Below are positions 41,198-50,864 of a DNA stretch of 64,000 nucleotides, piece by piece. The stretch spans positions 4,864,001 through 4,928,000 of the forward strand of contig OZ242296.1 of the NCBI GenBank assembly GCA_965207735.1, written 5' to 3'. This stretch comes from Candidatus Versatilivorator sp. (GTDB taxonomy: Bacteria > Acidobacteriota > Terriglobia > Versatilivoradales > Versatilivoraceae). Under the pieces are notes generated by a model, which saw nothing but the letters and a program-made list of their open reading frames with translations, was not told where the DNA came from and made no database searches. Every line of letters starts with the position of its first letter. Position 1 is the first letter of the stretch. The position numbers and the translations under genes are program-made.

Positions 41198-43774
41198 TCA
41201 GCCTTGGCTCGACCGGGCATGGTAGACCCTGCCGCCCATCGGGTCTCCGGAGGCACTGGCGGTTGCCGCTGAGGTGGAGGCGGGCTCCAGCTTGAAGTTG
41301 CGGGGGAGCAGGCCGGTGTCGGGGCGGCGCCCTTCGATGATGGGATAGGTCCAGCGGCGCAATGCCGGAACGTGAAGGTTCACCCAGTAGTCGTACCAGT
41401 CGATGGATTCCGGATGGTATCCGAAATCCGCGACTTCATCGCTGGGCAAGGCTGCCCCCAGTTCTCGGATGTGGTCTGCGGCAAAGAAGTACTCGTTGTC
41501 CAGAATGAATGGCTGGTAGAGCTCGATGACCTTGTGAACCCGATCCAGGGCCCGTTGCTTTCGGGTGAGGCTGTCGTTATTGACGGGGAGCACCCCGGTC
41601 AAGCGCTGCAGACCCTGAAGCAACACCTTCAAGAGGGGAAGGGAAACGTTCCGGTAGCGGGCCTGGGAAACCGGGATGGTGTCGCAGCGGGCCCGGAGCC
41701 AATGTTCCAGGCCTTCCAGAGAGCGGTAGTACTTGCGATGAGCCAGGCCGGTCAATTCGATGGTCCGGCGCATGTCGGCGGGATTGGTGGCCGAGGTTGC
41801 CAGGTGGTAGACCCGGTCGTGACGCCGGCGCACCAGGGCTGCCGCCACCAGGGTGAGTCCGCGGCACACCAGGTCTACCGGGATGACATCCAGGCGCTTG
41901 CGCTTGTTGGAGGGGAGTTGCCGGAAGTAGGTGCTCAACAGGTAAGACAACGGGGCCGTCGTGTTGACGCCCTCGTTCCAGCCCCGAAACGGTTGACTGA
42001 TGGAGGACTCCACGATCGAGGGTCTGACCACGGCAATGGGGAGATCCTGGGTGGCCAGCAACGATTCTCCCAGGCTCTTGGTGAAGGTGTAGATGTTGGG
42101 CCAACCCCAGTGCTGAGCTCGCTCGATCCCGAATTCGATTCCGCGATCGCGAATCCAGCGGGTGCGTTCCTTGCGAATCAGGCGTGAGGGATCGCTCACA
42201 TTCGGCTTGCGGGCAGAGACCCGGGCTCGCACTTCCTCTGTTACCGCCTCGCTGTCTCCTTGGCTGGTGATGCGCTCGATGGATTGATGGACCAACCGGC
42301 ATTCCCGGTAGACGTCGAAATCGGCTCGGCCGGCCGGAGTGTAGTTGGGAAGCAGTTCCTCGGAAACCCGCCCGTCGATGCGACCGTTGACGAAACAGGT
42401 GGAGACATGCAGCAAGGCGGCCCGGCGGCAGCGCTTCAGAAAGTCGATCAGACCCATGACGCTGTCCACGTTGGTGGTCATGGCCAGGCGGATGTCCGGA
42501 TTGAAATCGGTGAGGCCGGCTGAATTGACCACCAGGTCCAGATCCTGCGTCAGGCGCTCCAGGGTGCCTTCGTTCAGTCCCAGGCCGGGATCGCCGATGT
42601 CTCCCTCCACCACTTCCACTCGGTCCATGAGCATCCGGGGCAGTCGGTCGCCGAAACGTTCATGAAGGGGAGCAAAAGCGGGGGATTCGGCGACGATCTT
42701 CTCGAAGCGCTGCAGGGCGCTGCGCGATCCCTGCCGTCGGATCAGCAGATAGATCCTTCCAATCTCCGGAAGATCTTCCAGCAGCATGGACAACCAGACC
42801 TTGCCGATGAATCCCGTCCCGCCGATCAGCAGAATGTGCTTGCCGGCCAGGGCCTGGCGTACCGAGAGATTCTCGTGTCTGGCCCGGCGCCGGTGGAAGT
42901 CCACCACCGGAGGAGCGAGGCTATTGGTTTGCCGGGCGGTGGTTTGGATGTGCGGTTCCAGGGCGCTGAAGGGAAGCCCGGGCAGACCGTCGATGAGAAA
43001 ACTTTGGAAACCGAACCGCGCCCGGCTCGGCTCGGGTTGCAGGGTGTCGGGGATGATGGGCGAATGCAGGCGCCCGGTGGCCAGTCCGTCCCGAAACTCC
43101 AGCCGGTTGGAGACCAGGCTCTGGACGCCCAGATGCTGGGCCAGGGGACGGAGCAGGTGGTCCAGTTCCCGGCTGACCAGCACCACCCGATTGCCGGCGG
43201 CGCTTAACTGCTTTATAGCCTTAACCCCTTGGGGCTCAAGCTGGTTTCGCAGCTTGTATTGGAAATATTCTTCACCCAGCAGGTCCAGCCGGTCGCGGCT
43301 GGTGCCCCGCAGGGGCAAGTGGATCAGTCGGGTAGCCAGCCGGGGGTTCCAGATACCCACGATCAGATGGATGGAACGCATCAGACCGACGCCCAGCAGG
43401 CGGTGGATTCGGCCCGAAAATGTCTGGGCATTGCTGGCGTAGTGGGCAGCCAGTCTCGAGGAGTTGACCCGGAACAGCCCACCGTCGGCACTCACATAGG
43501 CAAGCTTTCCAGTCTTATCATTGGTGTTCTGCAACGGATTGCTGTTGTCCCGCCGGACGCCGTGATTCAAGGTTCGCGATCTGTCCCGGGCGGGAGAACC
43601 GTCCTCCTGTGGGCTGGCCGATTCCCGGACCCGGAATGTTGGCCCGGTCGCTACCGGCAATCGGAGAGAATACGTGAGCCCCCGGGGTTTTTCAAGCCAA
43701 AAGGGTCGCCGGGTGCACGCCAGTTGCTTCAATGCCCATCTCCCTATTGAGTCGGGACCGAGGCTTGGGTACAA
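41198..43774 (-). CDS. Degenerate HAD-like domain fused to fatty acyl-CoA reductase (start uncertain)
   Basis: N-terminal HAD-IB-like region (SNRLEFRDGLATGRL); FAR motifs GGTGFIGKV, WGWPNIYTFTKSLGE, VRPSIVES, LDVIPVD. Confidence 0.88.
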   Translation of the reverse strand: MYPSLGPDSIGRWALKQLACTRRPFWLEKPRGLTYSLRLPVATGPTFRVRESASPQEDGSPARDRSRTLNHGVRRDNSNPLQNTNDKTGKLAYVSADGGLFRVNSSRLAAHYASNAQTFSGRIHRLLGVGLMRSIHLIVGIWNPRLATRLIHLPLRGTSRDRLDLLGEEYFQYKLRNQLEPQGVKAIKQLSAAGNRVVLVSRELDHLLRPLAQHLGVQSLVSNRLEFRDGLATGRLHSPIIPDTLQPEPSRARFGFQSFLIDGLPGLPFSALEPHIQTTARQTNSLAPPVVDFHRRRARHENLSVRQALAGKHILLIGGTGFIGKVWLSMLLEDLPEIGRIYLLIRRQGSRSALQRFEKIVAESPAFAPLHERFGDRLPRMLMDRVEVVEGDIGDPGLGLNEGTLERLTQDLDLVVNSAGLTDFNPDIRLAMTTNVDSVMGLIDFLKRCRRAALLHVSTCFVNGRIDGRVSEELLPNYTPAGRADFDVYRECRLVHQSIERITSQGDSEAVTEEVRARVSARKPNVSDPSRLIRKERTRWIRDRGIEFGIERAQHWGWPNIYTFTKSLGESLLATQDLPIAVVRPSIVESSISQPFRGWNEGVNTTAPLSYLLSTYFRQLPSNKRKRLDVIPVDLVCRGLTLVAAALVRRRHDRVYHLATSATNPADMRRTIELTGLAHRKYYRSLEGLEHWLRARCDTIPVSQARYRNVSLPLLKVLLQGLQRLTGVLPVNNDSLTRKQRALDRVHKVIELYQPFILDNEYFFAADHIRELGAALPSDEVADFGYHPESIDWYDYWVNLHVPALRRWTYPIIEGRRPDTGLLPRNFKLEPASTSAATASASGDPMGGRVYHARSSQG

Positions 43775-43986
43775 TGGAACGCGGTTGTCGACGTAGCAGT
43801 CCTTCCTTCACTTCCATTCCTTTCAGGAATTGGCAGGGTAGCTCCGATTCTCCGAAGACGGTTGTCTGAGCGGAGCGACTCGAAATGCGAACGCCGTACC
43901 GCCAAGCCGGGGGTGGGGGTGCCCAGGGAACTTCAGCCGAGTGGACTGGAACCAGGGTAGACATCAAACAGAGTCGAGGAGGAATC

Positions 43987-45039
43987 ATGCGGTCCATGCA
44001 TTCATTGAGCCCTGTTGCTTTCTCGGTGGCGATCGGATTTTTTCTGGGTGTGTTCCTGACGGGATGCGCCCCGAGTGAACCGCCGGCTCCGGAGTACCAA
44101 CCGGAGATCCTGCCGTTGCCCGAGCAGCTGGCGACCTACGAGGAGATGTCGATTCCGGAGGACAATCCCATGACGCCGGAGAAGGTCGCCCTGGGACGCC
44201 AACTGTTTTTCGACAAGCGGCTCAGCGGGGATGGGTCCCGTTCCTGCTACTCCTGCCACCTGTGCGAGAACGGGCTGACGGACGGGTTGCCCACGGCCAT
44301 CGGGGCTCGGGAAAAGAAGCTGACCCGCAGCAGCCCCACGCTCTGGAATATCGGTTACCACTCGGAGTTCTATTGGGACGGCCGCAGCGGCTCTCTGGAA
44401 AAGCAGGCCTTGGCAGCCTGGAAGGGGGGCAACATGGGAGCCGACCTGGAGGCCGCGACCGCCAGGATCAATGCCCTCTCAGGCTATCGGTCCCAGTTTC
44501 AGACGTTGTTTGGCGGCGAGGCGACTCCCGAACGGATCGTCCAGGCCATTTCCGCCTTCGAACGGACCATCATCAGCGGAGACACGCCTTTCGACCGGTG
44601 GCGGGCCGGGGACGAAGCGGCGGTGGGTGAAGAGGTCAAGAGGGGCTACGAGGTCTTCAAGAAGTTGGAGTGCGACAACTGTCATGACGGGGTGCTGCTC
44701 ACCGACATGCAGTACCACAACGTCGGCATCGGAATGGACGCCGAAAAACCGGACGTCGGCAGATTCAAGGTGACCGAGAAGGAAGAGGATACCGGGGCCT
44801 TCAAGACGCCCACTCTGCGAGATATCGCCAAGTCGGGTCCCTACTTTCACAATGGCAGTGTGGCCACCCTGGAGGAGGCCGTGGACCTGATGATTGAAGG
44901 AGGCAAGCCCAACAAGTATCTGGACCGCACCAATCTCAAGAAGCGGAAGGCGACCGAGGCCGAGAAGAAGGACTTGATTGCCTTTTTGGGATCACTGACC
45001 AACGACTGTCAACTGACCGCACCCAAGCTGCCGGAGTAA
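43987..45039 (+). CDS. Di-haem cytochrome c peroxidase/MauG-family lipoprotein
   Basis: Lipobox LTGC, CYSCH and CDNCH, YWDGR, FKTPTLR, PYFHNG. Confidence 0.92.
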   Translation: MRSMHSLSPVAFSVAIGFFLGVFLTGCAPSEPPAPEYQPEILPLPEQLATYEEMSIPEDNPMTPEKVALGRQLFFDKRLSGDGSRSCYSCHLCENGLTDGLPTAIGAREKKLTRSSPTLWNIGYHSEFYWDGRSGSLEKQALAAWKGGNMGADLEAATARINALSGYRSQFQTLFGGEATPERIVQAISAFERTIISGDTPFDRWRAGDEAAVGEEVKRGYEVFKKLECDNCHDGVLLTDMQYHNVGIGMDAEKPDVGRFKVTEKEEDTGAFKTPTLRDIAKSGPYFHNGSVATLEEAVDLMIEGGKPNKYLDRTNLKKRKATEAEKKDLIAFLGSLTNDCQLTAPKLPE

Positions 45040-45150
45040 ACGACGACCGGATCGAAGGTCGTCACACCCACCCACGGATGCGGGCTTCAACCATCGGGGT
45101 CCGCCTGCTTTCTTGCCGGTGAGAGCCACAACTTTCCGGCAGGAACCTCA

Positions 45151-45804
45151 ATGGATTCCTATCTAATCCACATTGGGAAACGCCGGGTCCTGTATGCCGA
45201 GGACGCGCCTGCTCCAAAGGGGGAATCAGGCCACTCTCAGCATCCTGCCGACCGCATCATCCGGAACCTGGCTGCACGGGACGTCTGGTGGGCGGCGGGG
45301 ATGAGCCGTCTGATCCGCGCCGTACGGGATGGGTACTACGAACTCCAGAACCGGCTCGATCCCATGGAACGGGTGTTCAAGCGCATGCGCCATGCCGGCC
45401 CCATGCGGGTGCACTTTTCCTCCTCCCTTTCGGAATCGGAGGCCCGGGCCAGGCTGAAGTCGCTGCTGGTTGGCCAAAGAAATCGTCATGGAGCCTGGAT
45501 GATCTTCGACGGCCTGCTGGCCTTGGGCATGTTGCCGCTGACTCCCTTTCTGGTTCCCATCCCCGGGCCGAACCTGTTTTTTTACTACCCAGCCCTGAGG
45601 ACCTTCAGCCACTGGCTGGCATGGCAAGGGAGCTTGGCCGCGCTCAGGCAGAGGCCGCCGCAGCTGGTGGCTCAGGAAGAGATCGCCAACCTGGAGAACG
45701 CGATCGGCCGCAAGGGAATTCCCGACAGCCGAGCCGAAATTCAGGATTTTTCGTCCAGGCTGAAGCTGGATGGGCTTCCCGAGTTCATTACCCGAAATGG
45801 GTGA
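45151..45804 (+). CDS. Hypothetical membrane protein (Mit_KHE1-like motif)
   Basis: Hydrophobic hairpin with PIPGPNLFFYY. Confidence 0.65.
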   Translation: MDSYLIHIGKRRVLYAEDAPAPKGESGHSQHPADRIIRNLAARDVWWAAGMSRLIRAVRDGYYELQNRLDPMERVFKRMRHAGPMRVHFSSSLSESEARARLKSLLVGQRNRHGAWMIFDGLLALGMLPLTPFLVPIPGPNLFFYYPALRTFSHWLAWQGSLAALRQRPPQLVAQEEIANLENAIGRKGIPDSRAEIQDFSSRLKLDGLPEFITRNG

Positions 45805-45918
45805 CATTTCTGGATTGTGGATTTGGGGCAGAATCCGTCGTCACAAGCTCCAAATCAACAATCAGAAATCACCAATCGACAATTCATTTTACCGAAATTG
45901 AACCGACAGGAGACGGCC

Positions 45919-46404
45919 ATGCCTCTTTTTCGGACCATTCTGCCGAGCGTTTTTGCCGGGTTTGTGCTGCTGCTTCAGCCGGCGCTCGGTCAGCGAAACC
46001 TGATCGACCTGCGAGTGAACGGAGGGTACACCTACCTGTTGGAGGAATCGCTGCCCGATGCCTGGCTGGGAGGTGGGGCCGTGACTGCCGCTGTCTGGCC
46101 GGGCACTCGACTCGGGGTGGAGGTGCTGCGGGCCGAAGTGTTTGGACAGGAGCAGGAGACCGCCGAGGGCGGGCTGCTGATCAGTCCCATCATTGAGCGC
46201 ACGTTCCTGGAACTGCCGCGCTTCAAGCCTTACCTGGTGGGCGGAGTCTCATTTCTCCGCAGGAAACAGGAGAACAGCGTCAGCCTCGGCGGGGGACTGG
46301 GTGTGCGGTTGTTCCTGACCCGGCACCTGTTCCTGGCCCCGGAAGTGCGTCTGGGGAATTTTCCCAGGCTGCGGGCGACGGTGTCGGTCGGCATCGCCTT
46401 CTGA
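45919..46404 (+). CDS. Small outer-membrane beta-barrel protein
   Basis: Signal peptide, KPYLVGG, GGGLGVR, terminal Phe. Confidence 0.75.
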   Translation: MPLFRTILPSVFAGFVLLLQPALGQRNLIDLRVNGGYTYLLEESLPDAWLGGGAVTAAVWPGTRLGVEVLRAEVFGQEQETAEGGLLISPIIERTFLELPRFKPYLVGGVSFLRRKQENSVSLGGGLGVRLFLTRHLFLAPEVRLGNFPRLRATVSVGIAF

Positions 46405-46414
46405 ACGGTGCCGG

Positions 46415-47731
46415 TCAGTCGTAGTACTCCAGGCCGAGGTGGGTGATCATCTCCTCACCCTTCAGGTACCGCAGGGTGTTCTTGAGCTTCATGAGCTGGA
46501 TGAAGAGGTCGTGTTCGGGATAGAGTTCCGGCGCGCATTGAGGACTCTTGAAGTAGAAGGACAGCCACTCCTGAATCCCATGCATTCCGGCGCGCTTGGA
46601 CAAGTCCAGGAACAGGGCCAGGTCCAGGCAGAGGGGAGCCGCCAGGATGCTGTCGCGGCAGAGAAAGTTCAGCTTGATCTGCATGGGATATCCCAGCCAC
46701 CCGAAGATATCCACGTTGTCCCATCCCTCCTTGTTGTCTCCACGCGGCGGGTAGTAGTTGATGCGCACCTGGTGGTGATAGTCCCCGTAGAGTTCGGGGT
46801 AGAGGCCGGGCTGCAGGATTTGATCCAGCACCGAGAGCTTGGTCTCCTCCTTGCTCTTGAATGACTGCGGTTCGTCCAGCACCTCGCCGTCCCGATTGCC
46901 CAGGATGTTGGTGGAGTACCAGCCGGCCAGGCCGATGAGCCGGGACTTCAGTCCGGGAGCGATGATGGTCTTCATGAGCGTCTGCCCCGTCTTGAAGTCC
47001 TTGCCGCAAACGGGAACCTTGTTCTTCCTGGCCAGTTCCAGCATGGCCGGAATGTCGCCCGACAGATTGGGAGCCCCGTTGGCATAAGGGATTCCCATCG
47101 AGAGGGCGGCATAGGTGTAGATCATGCTGGAGGAGATCTTGGGATCGTTCTCCTCCAGCCCCTTTTCGAACTTGGCCAGACTGGAGTGAACCTCGCTGGG
47201 CTTCAGGAAGACTTCGGTGCTGCCGCACCAGATCATCACCAGGCGGCTCAGGTCGTGCGCCTTCTGGAACTGCTCGATGTCCTTCATGACCTGCAGAGCC
47301 AATTGGCGTTTGTTGGAGGCTCTCTTGACGTGGCGTCCCGAGAGGCGCTTGACGTATTTACGGCTGAAGACGGCCTTCCAGGGGCGGATCTTCTCCAGGT
47401 GCGGCCGCAGCTCTTCCAGTTGTTGGGGATCGAGCACTCCGGAGCGAACGGCCGTCTCGTAGCAGGACTCGCCGTGAATGTCCCAACCGCCGAAGACCAG
47501 GTCATCCAGCGAAGCCAGGGGGACGAAGTCCTTGATCAAGGGCACCCTTTTATCGGTGCGCTTGCCCAGGCGGACCGTTCCCATTTGGGTCAGGGACCCG
47601 ATTGGCGGAGCGTTTCGCCTGCGAATGGCTTCGACTCCGGCAATGAAGGTGGAGGCCACGGCGCCCATCCCCGGCAGAAGAACTCCCAGCTTACCCTGGG
47701 GTCCGGCAACTTCGGTCCCTTTCTCGATCAC
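46415..47731 (-). CDS. ino1: myo-Inositol-1-phosphate synthase
   Basis: GKDFKTGQT, NILGNRDG, GDNKEGWD, CRDSILAAP. Confidence 0.95.
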   Translation of the reverse strand: MIEKGTEVAGPQGKLGVLLPGMGAVASTFIAGVEAIRRRNAPPIGSLTQMGTVRLGKRTDKRVPLIKDFVPLASLDDLVFGGWDIHGESCYETAVRSGVLDPQQLEELRPHLEKIRPWKAVFSRKYVKRLSGRHVKRASNKRQLALQVMKDIEQFQKAHDLSRLVMIWCGSTEVFLKPSEVHSSLAKFEKGLEENDPKISSSMIYTYAALSMGIPYANGAPNLSGDIPAMLELARKNKVPVCGKDFKTGQTLMKTIIAPGLKSRLIGLAGWYSTNILGNRDGEVLDEPQSFKSKEETKLSVLDQILQPGLYPELYGDYHHQVRINYYPPRGDNKEGWDNVDIFGWLGYPMQIKLNFLCRDSILAAPLCLDLALFLDLSKRAGMHGIQEWLSFYFKSPQCAPELYPEHDLFIQLMKLKNTLRYLKGEEMITHLGLEYYD

Positions 47732-47855
47732 GGCGCACTCTCCGAAACTTAGGCTGGCTCAAACGAACCGAAATCATGCACCGAAGTCGGCATGCATGGC
47801 AACTTGAAAATTCCCGGCGGTCGGGAAGAGGTAACGACTCCCCGGGTTGCAAGGG

Positions 47856-48524
47856 CTATCCGGCGGCCTGGCCGTGGACGATGATACTCAGCGGCAATTG
47901 CCCGCCGGATTCCTGAACCAGGGGCAGCGACAGGATCCAATGGTCGGAGTCATCTTTCTCCAGGAGAGGGCGCTCCACCGAGTCGGGAGGGAATGCCAGG
48001 TTGATGACAGTGGGATGGTGGGTTCCGGAGGCTTTCTTGCTGAGTTCCACCAGTTCCTCGGAGGTGAGGTGCGCATCCGGCGCCTGGTTGTCCTCGCTCA
48101 GGGGAACCAGCAGAACGAAGTCCACGATGGGCGCGGCCCCGACGTGGTTTCCATCCTGGGGAATCACTCCGTAGCGCATGGTGTAGGTTCCCTTCCCGAC
48201 GGGAAGACCCCGAAAATCGGTTCCACCCTCGGGAAATCTCATCAACCCCAGCAGGACTCCCGAATGGAAAGCCGGGTATACGGTTTCCGGGGAGGCCGGC
48301 TGTCCCGAATCGGAGATCTCTCGACGGATCCAGACTTCGCACCACGGGTTTCCCTGACCATTCAGCACACGAACTCCCTCCGGCTTCAGGATGGATTTGA
48401 GGGGTTCGGCCACGGCCCTGGGCAGATGCTCGGCCACCTCCAGGGAGAAGTCTTCTGCCTGGGCTGTTTGCGCTCCCGGGAGAGTGAGCAGCAGGAGGCC
48501 TAGGCTGGCGAAACGCAGGACCAT
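47856..48524 (-). CDS. Hypothetical exported protein
   Basis: Signal peptide; DFRG...GTYTMRY...PQDGNHVG...DF..L. Confidence 0.75.
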   Translation of the reverse strand: MVLRFASLGLLLLTLPGAQTAQAEDFSLEVAEHLPRAVAEPLKSILKPEGVRVLNGQGNPWCEVWIRREISDSGQPASPETVYPAFHSGVLLGLMRFPEGGTDFRGLPVGKGTYTMRYGVIPQDGNHVGAAPIVDFVLLVPLSEDNQAPDAHLTSEELVELSKKASGTHHPTVINLAFPPDSVERPLLEKDDSDHWILSLPLVQESGGQLPLSIIVHGQAAG

Positions 48525-48597
48525 GTCGGTGTAAAGAGTGGAAGGCCGGAAGCTGAGCTCCGGCCGTCGCATTCGGTTGGTGGCCGCCTGGTTGCGG

Positions 48598-49275
48598 TCA
48601 GCGTTGCTGGGCGGAGTCGTAGGAGAAGTGTCCCACGAAGGCGTTGGTCTTTCCGTTGATTCTCCAGTTCACTCCCAGTCCGCTTCCTCTGAACTCGTCG
48701 TTGATGGTGTAGGCCGGCATGGCATGGGAGAGCTGGGTCAGGGGAGGGTAGTAGACGTGCTCGTTGCCGCAGAGGTGGTCCTTGGCTCCAATGGGCCGGG
48801 CCTTGATCCTGGCCAGATTTCCGGCCCGCAACTCGGCGGAACCGTGAGACTCACCCTCACCGAGCGCCAGGTGGATGGGTGCGGTTTCGATGTTCACCAC
48901 GTTGCGCAGGAGTTCGGGGGCCATGGTTTGAGCAAAGGCCTCCAGGGCCGTGCGCTGCCGGGGGGTGGCCCGGGAATCCACGATGAGCACCGATTTTGCG
49001 GGATAGGGATTCCCATAGGGATCGCCCAGGGTGGCCTTGGCCTTGGTAACGCCCACCACGCCCAGACCGTCCAGCTTGACTCCCTTCCAGCTTCCCTTTC
49101 GGATCCGCCAGGCCAGAATGGCCTGATCGCCGGTCAGGCCGGTCTCGGCATTGGCCACACAGGGGCCGGTATAGACATTGGCGCTGCGGGTTTCCACATA
49201 GTCGCCCGAGATGACGGCCGCCCAGCCCGGGCAGGCCAGACCCAGGATCAAGACCAATAGGATGGTGGATTTCAT
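48598..49275 (-). CDS. DUF1326-like exported protein
   Basis: Signal peptide; GDYVETRSANVYTGPCVANAE, HLCGNE. Confidence 0.75.
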   Translation of the reverse strand: MKSTILLVLILGLACPGWAAVISGDYVETRSANVYTGPCVANAETGLTGDQAILAWRIRKGSWKGVKLDGLGVVGVTKAKATLGDPYGNPYPAKSVLIVDSRATPRQRTALEAFAQTMAPELLRNVVNIETAPIHLALGEGESHGSAELRAGNLARIKARPIGAKDHLCGNEHVYYPPLTQLSHAMPAYTINDEFRGSGLGVNWRINGKTNAFVGHFSYDSAQQR

Positions 49276-49413
49276 TCCTTGTCCCTCCCGTGGATGCTTC
49301 CTGATTACTTCTTCGCCGGCATTATAGTACGCCGGAGAGGTGCAACTCAACCGCACCGGCCGAGTCTCCCCCTCAGCTGCCAATCACGCCCCCTGGTGAG
49401 AAATGCGGGCCAG

Positions 49414-49656
49414 CCCGCATTTCTCACCAGGCCGCTGGTGCCATGACGAAAAGTAGTTTATCTTCAGTACCTTGATTGGTTCCATGGGAAGGGCTTGCGG
49501 GTAACAGACTGCGCTGGGCATGCCCTGGCTTGTCTTTTTCCCTTCAGCGCGCACATGCTCCCTCGCGCGTAGTGACCGCTACGCTCTTCGGTCGCGAGCA
49601 CGCGCTGAAGGGAAAAATCCTGCGCCATGATCATGCCCCCTGGTGAGAAATGCGGG
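49414..49656. mobile_element. MITE family A, complete 243-bp copy, preceded by a solo right end (49383-49409)
   Basis: Perfect 18-bp TIR cccgcatttctcaccagg / cctggtgagaaatgcggg; flanks CCAG and CTAG. Confidence 0.88.
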
Positions 49657-49872
49657 CTAGAAGCCTCCTCGGAAGCAGGTTCGCCCCAGCTTGCAGCTCT
49701 CAGGCTCCACCAGCTGCTCGTCGGGTCCCAGGATTCTCTGGGTCAGCGCGCACCAGTAGTTTTCGTCGCCTGCCGGAGGCACCGTCGGATCGGGGAGCGA
49801 CTCATAGAACAGGCTCTTCCAGCGCAGGCAGTTGCAGACTTCGTGTTCGTAACCTTCAAAGCGTCCGGCCAT
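49657..49872 (-). CDS. Small Cys-rich protein, last gene of the pao-like operon
   Basis: 71 aa; CNCLRWK, YWCALTQ...GPD...C....TCF; starts 2 nt after the FAD-subunit stop. Confidence 0.75.
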   Translation of the reverse strand: MAGRFEGYEHEVCNCLRWKSLFYESLPDPTVPPAGDENYWCALTQRILGPDEQLVEPESCKLGRTCFRGGF

Positions 49873-49874
49873 GG

Positions 49875-50864
49875 CTATGCCCCTCCCATGACAGCGTTGA
49901 GAATCGCCCGTTTCACCGCCACCCGGGCCAGTTGAACCTTGTACCCATTCCTGCTCAGAGGTGTGGCTCCGGCAACGGCGGCAGCGCCAGCCTCGGCTGC
50001 CGTGCCTTCATCGATCGACTTGCCTACCAGGCCCTTGGCCGCCTGGTCGGCGTTCCAGGGAACCGGGGCGACGTGACCCAGGACGATGCGGGCCTGCTCC
50101 ACTGTCCCCTCGCTTAGCTTCAAGGCGACCGAGGCCGTGGCCAGCGGCCAGTCCAGTGCTTCCTTTTCCCGAACCTCGTAGGTGGCGTTGAGCGTTTGCC
50201 CGGCCGGGGGAATGTGGATTTCTCCCAGGATCTCGCCGGGCTTCAGGATCGTCTCGCGATCGGATTCCTGCTGCGGGATGCGGAAGAACTCGGCCACCGG
50301 CAGTTCGCGCGAACCGTCCTTGCTGACAATCCGCAGGGATGCGCCCAGGGCGATCAGCGGAGGCCCCAGGCTGGAAGCACTGACGAAGGCCGCCTCTCCC
50401 GAGTTGCCCAGGATGGCGTGGTATTGATTCTCGCCCTGTCGGACCAGGTCCTGTCCGGAGGCATCCTTGGGGAAGTAACCGAAGCCGTTGCGGAAATACC
50501 AGCAGCGCGGCCTCTGGCAAAGGTCGCCGCCAATGGTGCCGAAACTCTGGATCTGCTGGCTTCTGACACCGCCGGCAGCCTGTACCAGCGAAGGATAGTC
50601 CCTTTGGGCCGCCGGATGGTCGATCAGCTCCGACAGGCTGGCCAGGGCTCCCAGGCGCAGGCCGGAGGAGGAGATGTAGTCGATCCCCTGGAATTCCCGA
50701 ATGCCCTGAATGTTCACCACCCGCTTGGGAGTGGCGCCGAACGTCTTCATGAGGCTGAGGAGGTCGGTGCCGCCAGCCAAGACCTCCGCCTCTTCCCACT
50801 GGGCTCCCAGCAACCGGATGGCCTGCTCCTTGGTGGTGGGACTGGCATACTCGAAAGCCTTCAT
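49875..50864 (-). CDS. Xanthine dehydrogenase-family FAD subunit (PaoB/YagS-like)
   Basis: LAGGTDLL, TIGGDLCQRPRCWYFR, GHVAPVPW, NGYKV. Confidence 0.93.
   Translation of the reverse strand: MKAFEYASPTTKEQAIRLLGAQWEEAEVLAGGTDLLSLMKTFGATPKRVVNIQGIREFQGIDYISSSGLRLGALASLSELIDHPAAQRDYPSLVQAAGGVRSQQIQSFGTIGGDLCQRPRCWYFRNGFGYFPKDASGQDLVRQGENQYHAILGNSGEAAFVSASSLGPPLIALGASLRIVSKDGSRELPVAEFFRIPQQESDRETILKPGEILGEIHIPPAGQTLNATYEVREKEALDWPLATASVALKLSEGTVEQARIVLGHVAPVPWNADQAAKGLVGKSIDEGTAAEAGAAAVAGATPLSRNGYKVQLARVAVKRAILNAVMGGA

Noticed and set aside
46415-47731. ino1 as part of the lipid operon (inositol ether lipid)
   Set aside because: Separated by three opposite-strand genes, and no CDP-alcohol phosphotransferase is in the window.
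8261-49660. Family-A ends as integron attC sites around TA cassettes
   Set aside because: No RYYYAAC/GTTRRRY cores and no integrase; the paired 18-bp TIRs fit a MITE better.
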